Below, one piece after another: positions 25,231 to 37,868 of a DNA stretch of 64,000 bases. The notes beneath the pieces were generated by a model. The model was not told the DNA's origin. It saw only the letters and a program-made list of their open reading frames with translations, and searched no databases. Location of the stretch: the NCBI GenBank assembly GCA_002269645.1, contig NIVC01002591.1, positions 1 through 64,000 of the forward strand. The letters run 5' to 3'. This stretch comes from Macrostomum lignano. Its lineage: Eukaryota. How positions within the stretch are numbered: position 1 is the first letter of the stretch; the number at the start of each line of letters is the position of its first letter. The position numbers were made by a program, and so were the translations under genes.

Positions 25231-26221
25231 TTGGTGCTTTCACCAAAGGGTGCTTTCAACATTCGAAACTGTACGCTGTGAATTTGAACTTTTATTTGCT
25301 GTTCCTTCAGAAATTTCCCACTGCCGTTGTAATTAAAGGTTTTAGGAATTATGTTAGTCTGTACATTCCCGACTTCGTGTGCATACGTACATAGCGCATA
25401 TAATTACTCGTACATGCAACAATAAGAGTCTCACCAAATTGTTTGCCGAATCGGAAAAATTCATCCGAAAATTGTTTTTCCCCGTCAAAGTTGGATAGTT
25501 TTTACTTTCATTTGCGAGTTGAAAAAACCAGCTATAAAAACCTCTGCGCAAGCAGACTAACTCTGCAGATATAGTCTATATAGCGGGCCAAACCTTAAAG
25601 AATTTTTTTCACGCGCGGAACACAAAGCAGCAGGTGCAATAGGAATACGTAGATAAAAAATTCCGAATGAAGCACAGCTATAGTCGACCCAGATTTATTC
25701 AGCACAAGCACTCTAGCCTCGCTCTCTCGTCACTCTCACTGCGTGCAGTATGTTAACTGCATAATGTAGACATTGTACATGTATATGAGCGCACAGACCC
25801 CGTAACGCAATCCGACGTCAGTGAGCGACGTCTGCCCGACTTCGATGACAGATGTGCTTTTTACATTACATCGACGGATAACGACGTCCTACATCGGCTG
25901 AATGTCGGTGTAATGTAAAAAAGTACATACAGAGTACAAAGAACATAAAAGTATAATGTATGTAAAATGTACTTTTACATTACACAGACATTCAGCGGAT
26001 GTAGGATGTGTATTTGTCATTAGACGCCTGCCGTTTCTGAGAGGCTTCTAGCTGATCCCACTAGGTGACATCGTCGCTTCAATTAAAACTTGAATTCTAA
26101 TCGCACAAAACCCGTTCGGGCGAAATCCATTTGACGCTGTAACTCACCGAGACTTCCCTTGCGATTATATAATCCCTAACAACATCCTCTCTGATATAGA
26201 AGCATATTTAAGCGACTTATC

Positions 26222-27061
26222 CAGGGGGCGTCGCCAACGAGGGGGACAGGGGGGACATGTCCCCCCCCCCAGTAAAAGATCTGGGGGTAAATGCCAATGC
26301 TTTGTCCCCCCACCCCATACCAGCTTATGACCCGTTATGGAAATCAATAATTTTGCTGCAGGGCGACAAACAGCGCCTGCGGCGCTAAAATGAGTGCCTG
26401 CGGCGCTAAAATGAGTGCCTGCGGCTCCAAAATGAGTGCCTGCGGCGCTAAAATGAGTGCCTGCGGCTCCAAAATGAGTGCCTGCGGCGCTAAAATGAGT
26501 GCCTGCGGCGCTAAAATGAGTGCCTGCGGCGCTAAAATGAGTGCCTGCGGCGCTAAAATGAGTGCCTGCGGCGCTAAAATGAGTGCCTGCGGCGCTAAAA
26601 TGAGTGCCTGCGGCGCCAAAATGAGTGGCTGCGGCGCTAAAATGAGTGCCTGCGGCTCCAAAATGAGTGCCTCCAGCGCTAAAATGAGTGCCTGCGGCGC
26701 TAAAATGAGTGCCTGTGGCGCTAAAATGAGTGCCTGCGGCGCTATAATGAGTGCCTGCGGCGCTATAATGAGTGCCTGCGGCGCTAAAATGAGTGCCTGT
26801 GGCGCTAAAATGAGTGCCTGCGGCGCTATAATGAGTGCCTGCGGCGCTAAAATGAGTGCCTGCGGCGCCAAAATGAGTGCCTGCGGCGCCAAAATGAGTG
26901 CCTGCGGCGCTAAAATGAGTGCCCGCGCCGCTAAAATGAATGCTAACATCACCGATTCTGAAAATAATGTACATGTAGGAATTTACTCCATGTACACGTA
27001 CCGGTACATGTCCTATTGTTGGCTTTGTCCCCCCGCCATAAAATCCATGGCGACGCCCCTG
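26222..27061. mobile_element. Non-autonomous hAT-like TIR element with internal 21-bp minisatellite
   Basis: TIRs CAGGGGGCGTCGCCA and TGGCGACGCCCCTG; flanks GACTTATC and GACTTGCG (partial 8-bp TSD); about 27 units of CCTGCGGCGCTAAAATGAGTG at 26375-26940. Confidence 0.75.
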
Positions 27062-27559
27062 GACTTGCGTGATAAAGCTCATTTATTTTTCGATCAGTGA
27101 CTCTATTGCATGCATGGTTTTGTTTAACTTTTCTTCTACATGTGGCTGCATGCCAAACTCTTGCGCGCATTACTCAAGCAAGAAGACTCTAGTAGAATGA
27201 TCTGAATATTTGGATTGTATAGCTGGCTGGCTTCTGCGCGAGCAAATACGATTTTATTTTAACGGACTGTCGTGCATATAACTATAGCTCTAGCTGTGAT
27301 TTGACTGATCGCACGCCTTTTGTCAGCCAAAGTTGATACATGTAGTTAGACCAAACCAAGGATCATACATGTATATAAACAAGATGGGACACTCACTAGC
27401 CACTTAGCAGGTGGCTAATGTGAAAGCTAATGTGCAAAAATTTTGCAACTTGCATCAGCGCGAAAATCAACTACTACTGAATTCAATTTCGTCAGTAGTC
27501 TCTGCTAGCTGTCCATACAACAACAGACAACAGAATACGCAGATAGCGTCACAGGGCGC

Positions 27560-28800
27560 GTCAGATCGCAAATGAATGACCCCGCCGGTAGGGTGCCTGC
27601 AGCCTGCTGCGCACCTCCGGCACCGGCTCTGGGCAGTGCGACTCGGCGCGGATGATGTGGCCTGCCAGCTGGATTCGCCGACGGCGCAGCAAGTCGCTTG
27701 GACGGACCAGGCCGGCGCGGCGATACAAAGCCGCGTTGGTCACTCGCTCGTAGCCCATCTTGAAGGCGGCGCGCAGCAGGGCCAGCGTGCGCCGTGTCAA
27801 TTGATAGGAATCCTAGGATTAGGAACACATCCGAAACTAACTCTTATATTTTATTCCCTAAACATAAAGACACTCTAATTAAGTTGCGAAATGCATGAAG
27901 TCATTTCGCAGCGTAAATCAGATCAAATTTTATTTGCCCTGTTTAAACATTGCATATTTAAATTGTGAATAGTAAGTAATGAACTTTTTTACATCATTCC
28001 TTTTTTATGTAACACTTTTTAGGTAAATACACTTAAACTATTTTCACGTTTTGTTTTATTAATTCAGTAGGGGCATTCTACTAGTACCTAACCCCTAGGT
28101 ATAAATTGGCACGGGGCTAGCCCCTCAATTTCCCCTGATGTATTTTTTTTCATTTCATACAACTTATGGGGTAAATTCGATTATTTCAATTCTATTTCGA
28201 GCCATCCTGGTCATAACTTTACACAAATGATCGTTTCAAAGTGACCCCTTGAATGCCCCTAGGCCCCTAGGGGTCCCCTAGATTGCCACTAGCTAGGCCG
28301 TTTTCTAGTGGGAAATTGTTGCTCGAGCGACTCCGTCAGCGTCCAGGTCTCGGCGTTGTACAGCAGGACGGTCTCAATCACCGCCTAGAACAACGCCGCC
28401 CTCTGGCGATCAGGTAAGGCCTCTCGGACTGGCAGGACTGCCCACACAGAACGAAAGGCAGCCCAGGCAAATACTCGCGGACGCCAGGAACCAGACCGCC
28501 GAGGTAGACGAACTGCTGACAATGCGGAAGCTCTGTCGCCTGTCCAACAGCGCCTCGGCACGAAATCGCAGCCTCGATGTCGTCCGGCAAGCAGAGCACG
28601 ACGGTCTTCTGCGTTTTGATCACCAGGCCGACACTCGCCGCAACAGCAACTAGCTTGTCCATTTGTCACTGGGCGCCCTCTCGACGTTGAGGACGGCAGG
28701 GCGAGATCGCCAAGCACGCTGAGCCGCCTCTCCGGTTGACGTCGACCCACGCGTCGCCGCAACAGGAAATCCGTCGTCGTTGGTAGGAAAGAGAGCTGTC
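27560..28800 (-). pseudogene. Degraded RTE-type non-LTR retrotransposon RT fragment, split by a 510-bp insertion
   Basis: Translated motifs GLVIKTQKTVVL, QFVYLG, VIETVLLYNAETWTLT and LRRRRIQLAGHIIR, with stops and frameshifts. The insert at 27804-28313 is flanked by AATTG. Confidence 0.8.
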
Positions 28801-29948
28801 CATGCAGCAGCTTTTTGCGATCTTAAATAATTAACTCATTAGTGCATGGGCATGTCCAAGATACATGTGTACGAAAATTCCGTTCCACTGAGATACCTGA
28901 TTGGGAAGGCTTTCCCAATCGGATTATTTTTATATCTGCATGACGAAAAGAGCAAGGTCATTTCCCTATTGTCAGTGTTTGGCTTTTGTTAATGGTAAAA
29001 AGCATTGTAATGGTGCTTGAAACAAAAAACATACAGCAGTACGTGCATGAACACTATATATACCATATACATGTGTACATGTAAACTCTAATTTCCGTTA
29101 AGACAGAAAAAAAGTTAACTATCTTTCTTAAGCATATACATGTGCTTAAATCTATTTACGAGCACTATATATATATGGGCCAAACCAAGCTGAGAACTCC
29201 TACATGTATATTCAGCAGCAGTACAGGTGTATGTGTACAACGTAATGTAATGATCGTCGTCTTTTCCCCATAGCTACAGATCGACTAATAAAGAATAATT
29301 CTGACTGCATGCATATAACTCAATGAAAACCTGCATATGGAAACCTTTATCATTTCAATCAGGTTAAAAATCCAATAACAGTGCTGCTGGGCATCCGTTT
29401 GTGCTGACGCCTATATGACCGATTTACAAGTTGTCTCGATGTCGTCCTTGCTGATGATAGCGATCGATAGAGCAAACATTTTTTCTGATTTATTTAATTA
29501 AAAATTACAAATGTTCATAATTCAGAGGTATAAATTTGCGTATTGATAGTTGCGACGCAGTCAATTAATTTAGAGTTTGTTACGGGAGCACCCATGTAAT
29601 AACACGACGAAAATTTGCATTCTTATTGACATCTATAACTATATAGCCTGAATTATGCATTCAAACTTTCAACTCCAACTTTTAAATTACTTTAGTATAT
29701 TAGTATAGCATATTATTTAGTATATTGTTTGTAATTTATTTGTTGAACACAAAGCGAATTAAATAAAACAATTTATTTTACTCACCTAAATTAAACGTGT
29801 TACCTGTAGCCGCGATTTTAAAATGCGAAAATGATTTCATGGAAAAATCGCTTAAGTGTTCTTACTTCGCCTTTGACGTGTCAGTGTGCGCCTAACGTTA
29901 ATAATTAGATAATAGTTCCTGCCGTCATTCCATCTACCCACAGTTACT

Positions 29949-30929
29949 ATGAAATTTGTTTTTTATTGGACGTTTTTCTACTTGGTTATTGGAATCACGT
30001 CGGCTGATCCTGCAAAGGATCAAGTTCTCTCGCAACGTGTGCAACAGCTCATCGACTGGAGTTCAAGGAAGTCTGTGATTCGACTGAATTCTGATAAGTT
30101 CCGCCAATATGTCAGGGGACCGCCTAAGAACTATTCTGTTATCGTAATGTTGACTGCGTTGTCGCCTTCACGAGGCTGTCAAGTTTGTAAGTATGCTCAC
30201 GAAGAATTTACAATTGTGGCTAATTCCTGGCGCTATGCGCAGTCGTGGACAAGCTCTCTGTTCTTCGCTATGGTTGACTTCGACGAAGGATCTGACGTTT
30301 TCTCGATGCTGAAGCAAAACTCCGCTCCTGTGTTTATTCATTTTCCCGCAAAGGGTCAGCCTAAGAAAGGAGATGTAATGGACATTCATCGTATTGGCTT
30401 TCAAGCTGAAGTTATGGCCCGATGGATCACTGAAAGAACTGATATTCAGATCCGAGTGTTCCGTCCACCGAACTACTCATGGACTCTGGTCCTGGGTATT
30501 CTGATGTCCATGGCTGTTGGTGTTCTGTATCTCAAGCGAAGCAGCCTAGACTTCATTTACAACAAGAAGTCCTGGGGAATCTGCACTACAACTATCATTT
30601 TTGCCATGATCTCCGGACAAATGTGGAACCACATCCGCGGCCCACCATTTTTGCACAAGCATCCCAACAGTGCCAACTTCATGTATATCTATCCTGGTGC
30701 TGACTTCCAATTCATTGCTGAAACCTTTATCATTTATATAATGTATGCTGCTATTGTTGGTAGTGTTGTACTTCTTAATGAGGCCCATTTGTCATCTAAG
30801 ATTGATGCTAGCAAAAGAAAGGTCATTGCTCTGTCTGGAATTGGAATCTTTGCCATATTCTTTAGTTTTTTGCTTTCTATCTTTCGTAGCAAGTACAATG
30901 GTTATCCTTATAGCTTTATGTTTAGATAG
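29949..30929 (+). CDS. TUSC3: Oligosaccharyltransferase OST3/OST6 subunit (TUSC3/MAGT1-like), intronless, 326 aa
   Basis: Signal peptide, thioredoxin-like CQVC, YFAMVDFDEG-type motif, GQMWNHIRGPP, four TM helices and C-terminal FRSKYNGYPYSF. Confidence 0.95.
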   Translation: MKFVFYWTFFYLVIGITSADPAKDQVLSQRVQQLIDWSSRKSVIRLNSDKFRQYVRGPPKNYSVIVMLTALSPSRGCQVCKYAHEEFTIVANSWRYAQSWTSSLFFAMVDFDEGSDVFSMLKQNSAPVFIHFPAKGQPKKGDVMDIHRIGFQAEVMARWITERTDIQIRVFRPPNYSWTLVLGILMSMAVGVLYLKRSSLDFIYNKKSWGICTTTIIFAMISGQMWNHIRGPPFLHKHPNSANFMYIYPGADFQFIAETFIIYIMYAAIVGSVVLLNEAHLSSKIDASKRKVIALSGIGIFAIFFSFLLSIFRSKYNGYPYSFMFR

Positions 30930-31173
30930 ACTTGATTGACTTGATGAAGACTAAATAGATACATGGCCAAGTCAGCAATAACAAGTCTATTGAACTTGAG
31001 TAAAAATCTATATTATCAGTTTTTGTTCCTTTCTAGCTATTTGTTAAGTTTATTTGCAATCTAATATATTCATTTTGTAAGCCTATATGGCTATATATTC
31101 TATACTAAAAAGAAAAAACAAGAAACAAGACAAAAGAGAGTTCATATTTATAAAACATAGCTATAATAATTAA

Positions 31174-31251
31174 CGCCATGACTAGGGACACAGCGGCCAT
31201 GTCCTTAGACATAGAGTTAAAGGCACGGCCGCCGTGTCCCTAGTCATGGCG
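31174..31251. other. 78-nt GC-rich near-perfect hairpin in AT-rich DNA
   Basis: Arms CGCCATGACTAGGGACACAGCGGCC and GGCCGCCGTGTCCCTAGTCATGGCG, 24/25 complementary. Confidence 0.9.
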
Positions 31252-32589
31252 AATAACTAAAGTTTAAATAGCATTCTAGTTTTATAAGACTGCTTATAAT
31301 AAAATCTATTAAATAGTCTAAAAATTGAATGATACTTTTCTATATTTAATTTATTAACAAATAGTTTTTTAGATATATTGTTTTTGAAGTAGTTGCAAAA
31401 TGTTTGAAATCTAAATTGAACTAGCTTAAAAATATAATTTAGCCTTCTTATTAAATGATATATGTAGGCCTACTTTGAATGTAATAAATTAATAAGCTTA
31501 GTTGCATTGGGTTAATTTTTTAACCTTTATTATATGAAAGTAAATATATTGTTAGGAAAAGTTCTCTCTGTTATTTCTTTGTTGTTTCTCTTTGTATAAT
31601 GTATGTATAAGTATAAGTAACTATAAGTATATATTTCAGCTTTATAAAATTTAAGTCTAAATATTTATAGAATGTTTTTTAGTATAAGTCATGAATTAAT
31701 ATGTACTGTAAACCTTACTATTGTTTGTATCTGTTTGTGTTGCATTAACTTTAAACTTAAATAATCAAATTCTTTTCTGTTGTGGGCAATAAACCTATCT
31801 TAGCTATAATTTTTTTGGCATCATACACACTTGACTTTTGACTTTATTTTTTCAATTCTTTAATCATTGAAAATGCAATTCAACATAATAGTTTATCCCA
31901 TATAATAATCTTAGCTTATCCTTAAAATGTCACAGTTTTCTAGCTTTTGTCTGATCCCATCATTTTGACTTATCTAACCCCTTTCTATTGATTTTTCATT
32001 TATATATTTTGTACCATTTTCTGTTGCTTCTCATATATGCCCAATGCTAGGTGGCAAGAGGTTTCACCAACGTAAGTTGAAAAAAATGCCAATCTGAAAA
32101 ATAATTGGACATAGGAAAGGGCAGGCAAGGAGAAAAAAGAAAGGAAATAAGCAAAAAGAGAGACAATGTTGCAGCCAAAGGCAACTAAGTTGCAATTTTT
32201 TGGGGAAAAACTAAAGTTGCATTGGCTGGGTAAAAATTTGAAGTTAGGTATGTATGTTGCTTCTTCTGTTTATGTTCCTGTCTCCTCTTCTTTTCCTTCT
32301 TGCATTCCTTCTTTGGTGTCTTTTTTTGCTTTTTTGTTTTTAGGGGGTCAATTTTGACTTATCTTTAGCTAGCAGCCTCTACCAAGCCAGTTTGGCCAGT
32401 TATTGCACATGTATGATCTAAGTCTCAGTCTCACTGCAAACTAATTTCTATTTATATTGATCCTGTTTACGCTAATCTCATTCCCATATATAAACATCCA
32501 TTGATACTAAATACCTACTGTCTTGGAGATTTTTTCAATCCTGCTTTGTCTTTGTCTTTTTCATAAATTATACCACAATTTTATTTCTT

Positions 32590-33130
32590 GGATTCTTACC
32601 TTGTCTACAAAATTCTCACCCCTATTTCTTGGAATCTTACCTTGTCTTCAAAAATCTCATTGCTATTTCTTGGAATCTTACCTTGTCTTCAAAAATCTCA
32701 TCGCTATTTCTTAGAATGTTACCTTGTCTTCGAAAATCTCATCGCTGTTTCTTAGAATCTTACCTTGTCTTCGAAAATCTCATCGCTATTTCTTAGAATC
32801 TTACCTTGTCTTCAAAAACCTCATTTCTATTTTTTAGAATCTTATCTTGTCTTCAAAATTCTCACCCCTTTTCCCAGGAATCTTACCTTGTCTTCAAAAT
32901 TCTCACCCCTATTCCCAGGAATCTTACCTTGTCTTCAAAATTCTCACCCCTATTCCCAGGAATCTTACCTTGTCTTCAAAATTCTCACCCCTATTCCCTG
33001 GAATCTTACCTTGTCTTCGAAATCTTATCCCTATTTCTTAGAATCTTACCTTGTCTTCGAAATCTTATCCCTATTTCTTAGAATCTTACCTTGTCTTCAA
33101 AAATATCACCCCTATATTTAGGAATCTTGT
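32590..33130 (+). repeat. 39-41 bp minisatellite (TCTTACCTTGTCTTCAAAATTCTCACCCCTATTCCCAGGAA)
   Basis: About 13 units. Confidence 0.93.
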
Positions 33131-33785
33131 CTTAAAAAATATCTCCTCTATTTCCGGTAATCTCACCCCTGTCCCATTGAATCTCACCCCTATGCTCATC
33201 CTGTACAGTATTGTGAAGATTTCTCATATTTTGAATCTTCTCTTTACCTTTATCAGAATGAAGGCGTCGCACCATTAAACCTACCAAGTGAATTTGTACT
33301 TTTATCAGTCTACCAGCCGCATTGTTTGGAGATCTGTAACTACCTCCATTGTTCTCGCATTTCTCTGCCTCTCTGCAACAAGCTAGGCTCATTTTTTGCA
33401 GCAAATGTTTTGTTGCCTTTGAAACCACTTTGAATTCACGGCAAACCGTGTTGGCGCAGTCTGATTGGACGGGACAGTGGGGGGGGAGGGGATGCTGGTA
33501 ATCGATGAGGAGAGAGAATATTTCAATGCAAAGCTTTTGTTTTAAACCAGCAGTAGCTATCATCAGAGAATTTTATCAGATATTTTTAAAAGCAACTTTC
33601 TACACTGTCAATCCTACTACTAGTAGGAAAATAAGTCAGTTTTAATTCAAAGTAGCTAGTGTCCAGTTATATTTGTTAGTTATTTCAAATTGATTAACCT
33701 TATGAGGTTATTTCAAATTGATTAATTTAAATTTGAGAACAAAACAGCAGCAACAACAGGTTACTTGCAGCCCCTGGACAGTAGG

Positions 33786-33799
33786 GTCACGTCACGTGG
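33786..33799. promoter_or_regulatory. Tandem GTCACG/E-box (GTCACGTCACGTGG) upstream of the SLC25A15-like gene
   Basis: CACGTG about 270 bp upstream of the ATG; motif match only. Confidence 0.3.
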
Positions 33800-34064
33800 T
33801 TCGGTTTTTCATTCTCTCTCTCTCTCTCTCGCTAGTCAGAGCCAAAAATTCTTAAGCAGCTGTTTTTAGAGCCATTGAGGCAGTTTAATGTGGTTAAATA
33901 TGGAGAGCTCATTAGTAAAGAGGAAACCGGAATAGAATAAGATTGTTCGAAGCTCTGGTTCCAACTCATTAGCTGTCCTACAATTAACCCTTTGAGCATA
34001 TCTGCTGTCTACTAACCCAGTAATAAATACTTACAGAGGCCCGTCTATAATTATCTGCATTAAT

Positions 34065-37000
34065 ATGAGCCACTCGCATCAGTCTGACGAGTCTGGCAAG
34101 ACTGCCTTTCAACATTCTGTCGATTTGTCTATCGACTTTATTGCCGGAGCTAATGGTAATTAATTCTGCGAATAAGATGCTATTGTAGTTTTGTAAGCGT
34201 GATTTTCGCATAGGAACAATGTAGGTGTTAGCCTTTTATGATTCTTTCAAGTAGTCACACCTGGGTTCTTAGGTTAAAACTTATTCTAGAAAATCATTTT
34301 AGTCAATATTTAGCTTTAGTTTTCTGTCTTTATCTAGTCTGGGATTTCTGCGAGTGGAAATTCCCGCTTAGAACTAGGCAGGGATTCTAGTAATTCCTTA
34401 TAATTAGCCATGGATTCTAGGAATTCCTTCTTAGAATTAGCCATGGATTCTAGGAATTCCTAATTAGAATTAGCCATGGATTCTAGGAATTCCTTCTTAG
34501 AATTAGCCATGGATTCTAGGAATTCCTTCTTAGAATTAGCCATGGATTCTAGGAATTCCTTCTTAGAATTAGCCATGGATTCTAGGAATTCCTTCTTAGA
34601 ACTAGCCATGGATTCTAGGAATTCCTTCTTAGAATTAGCCATGGATTCTAAGAATTCCTTCTTAGAATTAGCCATGGATTCTAGGAATTCCTTCTTAGAA
34701 TTAGCCATGGATTCTAGGAATTCCTTCTTAGAACTAGCCATGGATTCTAGGAATTCCTTCTTAGAATTAGCCATGGATTCTAGGAATTCCCTCTTAGAAT
34801 TAGCCATGGATTCTAGGAATTCCTTCTTAGAATTAGCCATGGATTTTAGGAATTCCCACCTATAATAAGCCAGGGATTACAGGAATTCCCACTTATAATA
34901 AGCCAGGGATTCTGAATTAGTATCTGCGGCCTTCAATGATTGTGTAATGATTAATCATTGATTCAAAAATCAACATTGCTTATCCGCAGGCGCGGTGGCC
35001 GGTGTGTACGTCGGCCAGCCGCTGGACACTGTCAAAGTGAAAATGCAGACTTTCCCAGCTGTCTATGGCAACGCTGTGCGCTGCTTCATGCAGACCCTGC
35101 GCAAAGACGGCGTCGCCAGGGGTCTTTACGCTGGCACAGTGCCAGCTCTGGCCGCCAATGTGGCCGAGAATTCCATTCTGTTTGCCGCGTACGGAGCCTG
35201 TCAGAAATCTGTAGCCAGTCTGTTGGGCACCAGTGTTGAGCGCATGCGGCCTACTCACAATGCTCTGGCTGGCAGCATGGCGGCTGTGTTCTCTTCTCTG
35301 GCTCTGTGCCCTACGGAGCTGGTTAAATGCCGGCTGCAGGCATTGCGGGAACAGCTGGAGGCTGGGAAAGCGCCAAAAGGAGTGGACATTGCCACAGTGT
35401 GAGTGACGCGGGTGACGCGGGTTAGACTGGGTTCAACCCGAATGTCAAAACCCAAAACAACCAACCCGAAGGTTCACCAACCCGAAGCTTCAGCCTAAAG
35501 CTTCACCAACCCGAAGCTTCACCAACCTCTAGCTTCACCAACCCGAAGCTTCACCAACCCCAAAGCTTCACCAACCCTAAGCTTCACCAACCTAAAGCTT
35601 CACCAATCCAAAGCTTCACCAATCCAAAGCTTCACCAATCCAAAGCTTCACCAACCCGAAGCTTCACCAATCCGAAGCTTCACCAACCCGATGCTTCACC
35701 AACCCGATGCTTCACCAACCCGAAGATTCACCAGCCTAAAGCTTCACCAACCCGATGCTCCAACCGCAGCGGGCCCTGGTCCCTAACCCGGCAGATCTTT
35801 CGCGAAGAAGGCATTCGCGGCTTTTTCCGCGGCCTGTTGCCAACATTCGGTCGCGAGGTGCCCGGCTATTTTTTCTTTTTCGGCGGCTACGAGCTGAGCA
35901 GGGCGGCTATGACACCCAAGGGCGGCAACAAGGATAAGATTGGGCCAGTGAAAACTGCCTTGGCTGGCGGCATCGGCGGTGTTGCACTGTGGACTGCGAT
36001 ATTCCCGTTCGACGTGTTGAAATCGCGCATGCAAATTGCTAGCGAAGGTCAGGTGGCCTCAATGCGAGCCCTGTTTATGGAGATTCTTCGCAAAGAAGGT
36101 GAGTCGCCGAGCAAAAGAGGTGGTCGTCACTGTGACGCAATAAAGTGGGTCTACTATTCTAAGAAAGTGGTTCGCATATTCCTGATACTTGCACAAACCC
36201 CTGATTTACACCAGCCGTGTGACTTACATCTTGACCAAAAATCCGACTTACCTATGAAAGAAACCTAAGCAAAATTGACGTAATTTTGGGTAAACGGCAG
36301 GAGTAACTATCACTGTTTTATTAAGGCTAAATGTCTCGTCATCTAATTGGCACTACTAATGGAATTTGGATTTTTGCGTGGGCATTTTTGCAACTTATCT
36401 TAGCTGCGCCTCTCGCCAGCCGGCCGGATCGGCCGGGTGTTGCGCATGTATGATTCTACTAGGAAACTAGGTTGTATATTCTAGGAAAGCGGCTCATCTA
36501 TTCTAGGAAAGTGGCTCATCTATTCTAGGAAAGCGGCTCATCTATTCTAGGAAAGCGGCTCATCTATTCTAGGAAAGCGGCTCATCTATTCTAGGAAAGT
36601 GGCTCATCTATTCTAGGAAAGCGGCTCATCTATTCTAGGAAAGCGGCTCATCTATTCTAGGAAAGCGGCTCATCTATTCTAGGAAAGTGGCTCATCTATT
36701 CTAGGAAAGCGGCTCATCTATTCTAGGAAAGTGGCTCATCTATTCTAAGAAAGTGGCTCATCTATTCTAGGAAAGCGGCTCATCTATTCTAGGAAAGTGG
36801 CTCATCTATTCTAGGAAAGTGGCTCATCTATTCTAGGAAAGTGGCTCATATATTCTAAGAAAGTGGTTCATATATTCTAGGAAATTGGATCATATATTCT
36901 AGGAAATTGGGTCATATATTCTAAGAAAGAGCGTAATATATTCTAGGAAATTAGGTCATATATTCTAGGAAATTGGGTCATATATTCTAAGAAAGAGCGT

Positions 37001-37511
37001 AATATATTCTAGGAAATTGGGTCATATATTCTAGGATAGGAAAGTTAATCAAAGATCGCAGAGGTCGCAGTCGCAGAGGACAGTCAAAGCAGATCTAAAA
37101 TCGTGCAAAATTGGTCAATTAGGGGTCCCAGTGAAAAAGGGTCAAGTCTCATGACCGTCAAGAGCCGAAGTAGAAGTGAATCACAGGTCGGTTCGCAGAC
37201 CAGAGAAAAGGTGAGTCATCTTAAACCATAGTTACAGTGCGTCAATTATTAATAGATCAAGGATCATGGGTCACAAATTGCAATGAAAGTGATCAAGAAT
37301 CCTGGGTCAAAGCTTGGATTTTAAAGACGAATAAATCAGACTACTACTTATGTATAAGTAGTCTATGTAACAACTCACTCCCCTCTCAGGTGTCACCGCT
37401 CTGTACGCTGGCTTGTCGCCCACAATTGTGCGAACATTTTTCGCTAGCGGCGCCCTGTTTGTCGCCTACGAATGGACAAAGAAGGTCATGCACGCTGCCG
37501 CCGGCTTCTGA
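34065..37511 (+). CDS. SLC25A15: Mitochondrial ornithine/basic amino acid carrier (SLC25A15-like), 316 aa
   Basis: Exons 34065-34155, 34990-35398, 35770-36098 and 37390-37511 join in phase (1, 2, 1). Three carrier signatures: [30 protein letters not shown]. Confidence 0.92.
34400..34855 (+). repeat. 33-bp minisatellite (TTAGCCATGGATTCTAGGAATTCCTTCTTAGAA), intron 1
   Basis: About 14 units. Confidence 0.95.
35460..35760 (+). repeat. 15-16 bp minisatellite (GCTTCACCAACCCGAA), intron 2
   Basis: About 19 units ending just before the acceptor. Confidence 0.93.
36470..37035 (+). repeat. 22-bp minisatellite (TTCTAGGAAAGCGGCTCATCTA), intron 3
   Basis: About 25 units, diverging towards the 3' end. 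Confidence 0.95.
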
Positions 37512-37654
37512 ATCTGAATCTGACCGACACGCGGTCTTGTAGTTAGTAGTCAGTATATAGTATGATAGTAGCATGCAGGGCTAAATTTTATGTAAGAGTA
37601 CTATTACAGGGTATACGGCATCTACCTTTAAATTTACTTTAAATCGTATTTAGT

Positions 37655-37868
37655 AATACAGTTCCGATAGTTGGTACAAGAGTTCCGATAGTTGGTACAA
37701 GAGTTCCGATAGTTGGTACAAGAGTTCCGATAGTTGGTACAAGAGTTCCGATAGTTGGTACAAGAGTTCCGATAGTTGGTACAAGAGTCCCGATAGTTGG
37801 TACAAGAGTCCCGATAGTTGGTACAAGAGTTCCGATAGTTGGTACAAGAGTTCCGATAGTTGGTACAG
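37655..37868 (+). repeat. 21-bp minisatellite (TTCCGATAGTTGGTACAAGAG)
   Basis: About 10 units, about 140 nt after the SLC25A15-like stop. Confidence 0.95.

Noticed and set aside
26165-27100. FSAAGTH / MSACGAK repeat proteins
   Set aside because: A 21-bp array inside a TIR element.
27804-28313. Helitron assignment for the insertion (TC...CTAT on minus strand)
   Set aside because: The apparent 5-bp duplication and non-A|T insertion site conflict with Helitron rules; left unclassified.
34460-34865. [11 protein letters not shown] coiled-coil ORF
   Set aside because: A 33-bp array in intron 1 of the carrier gene.
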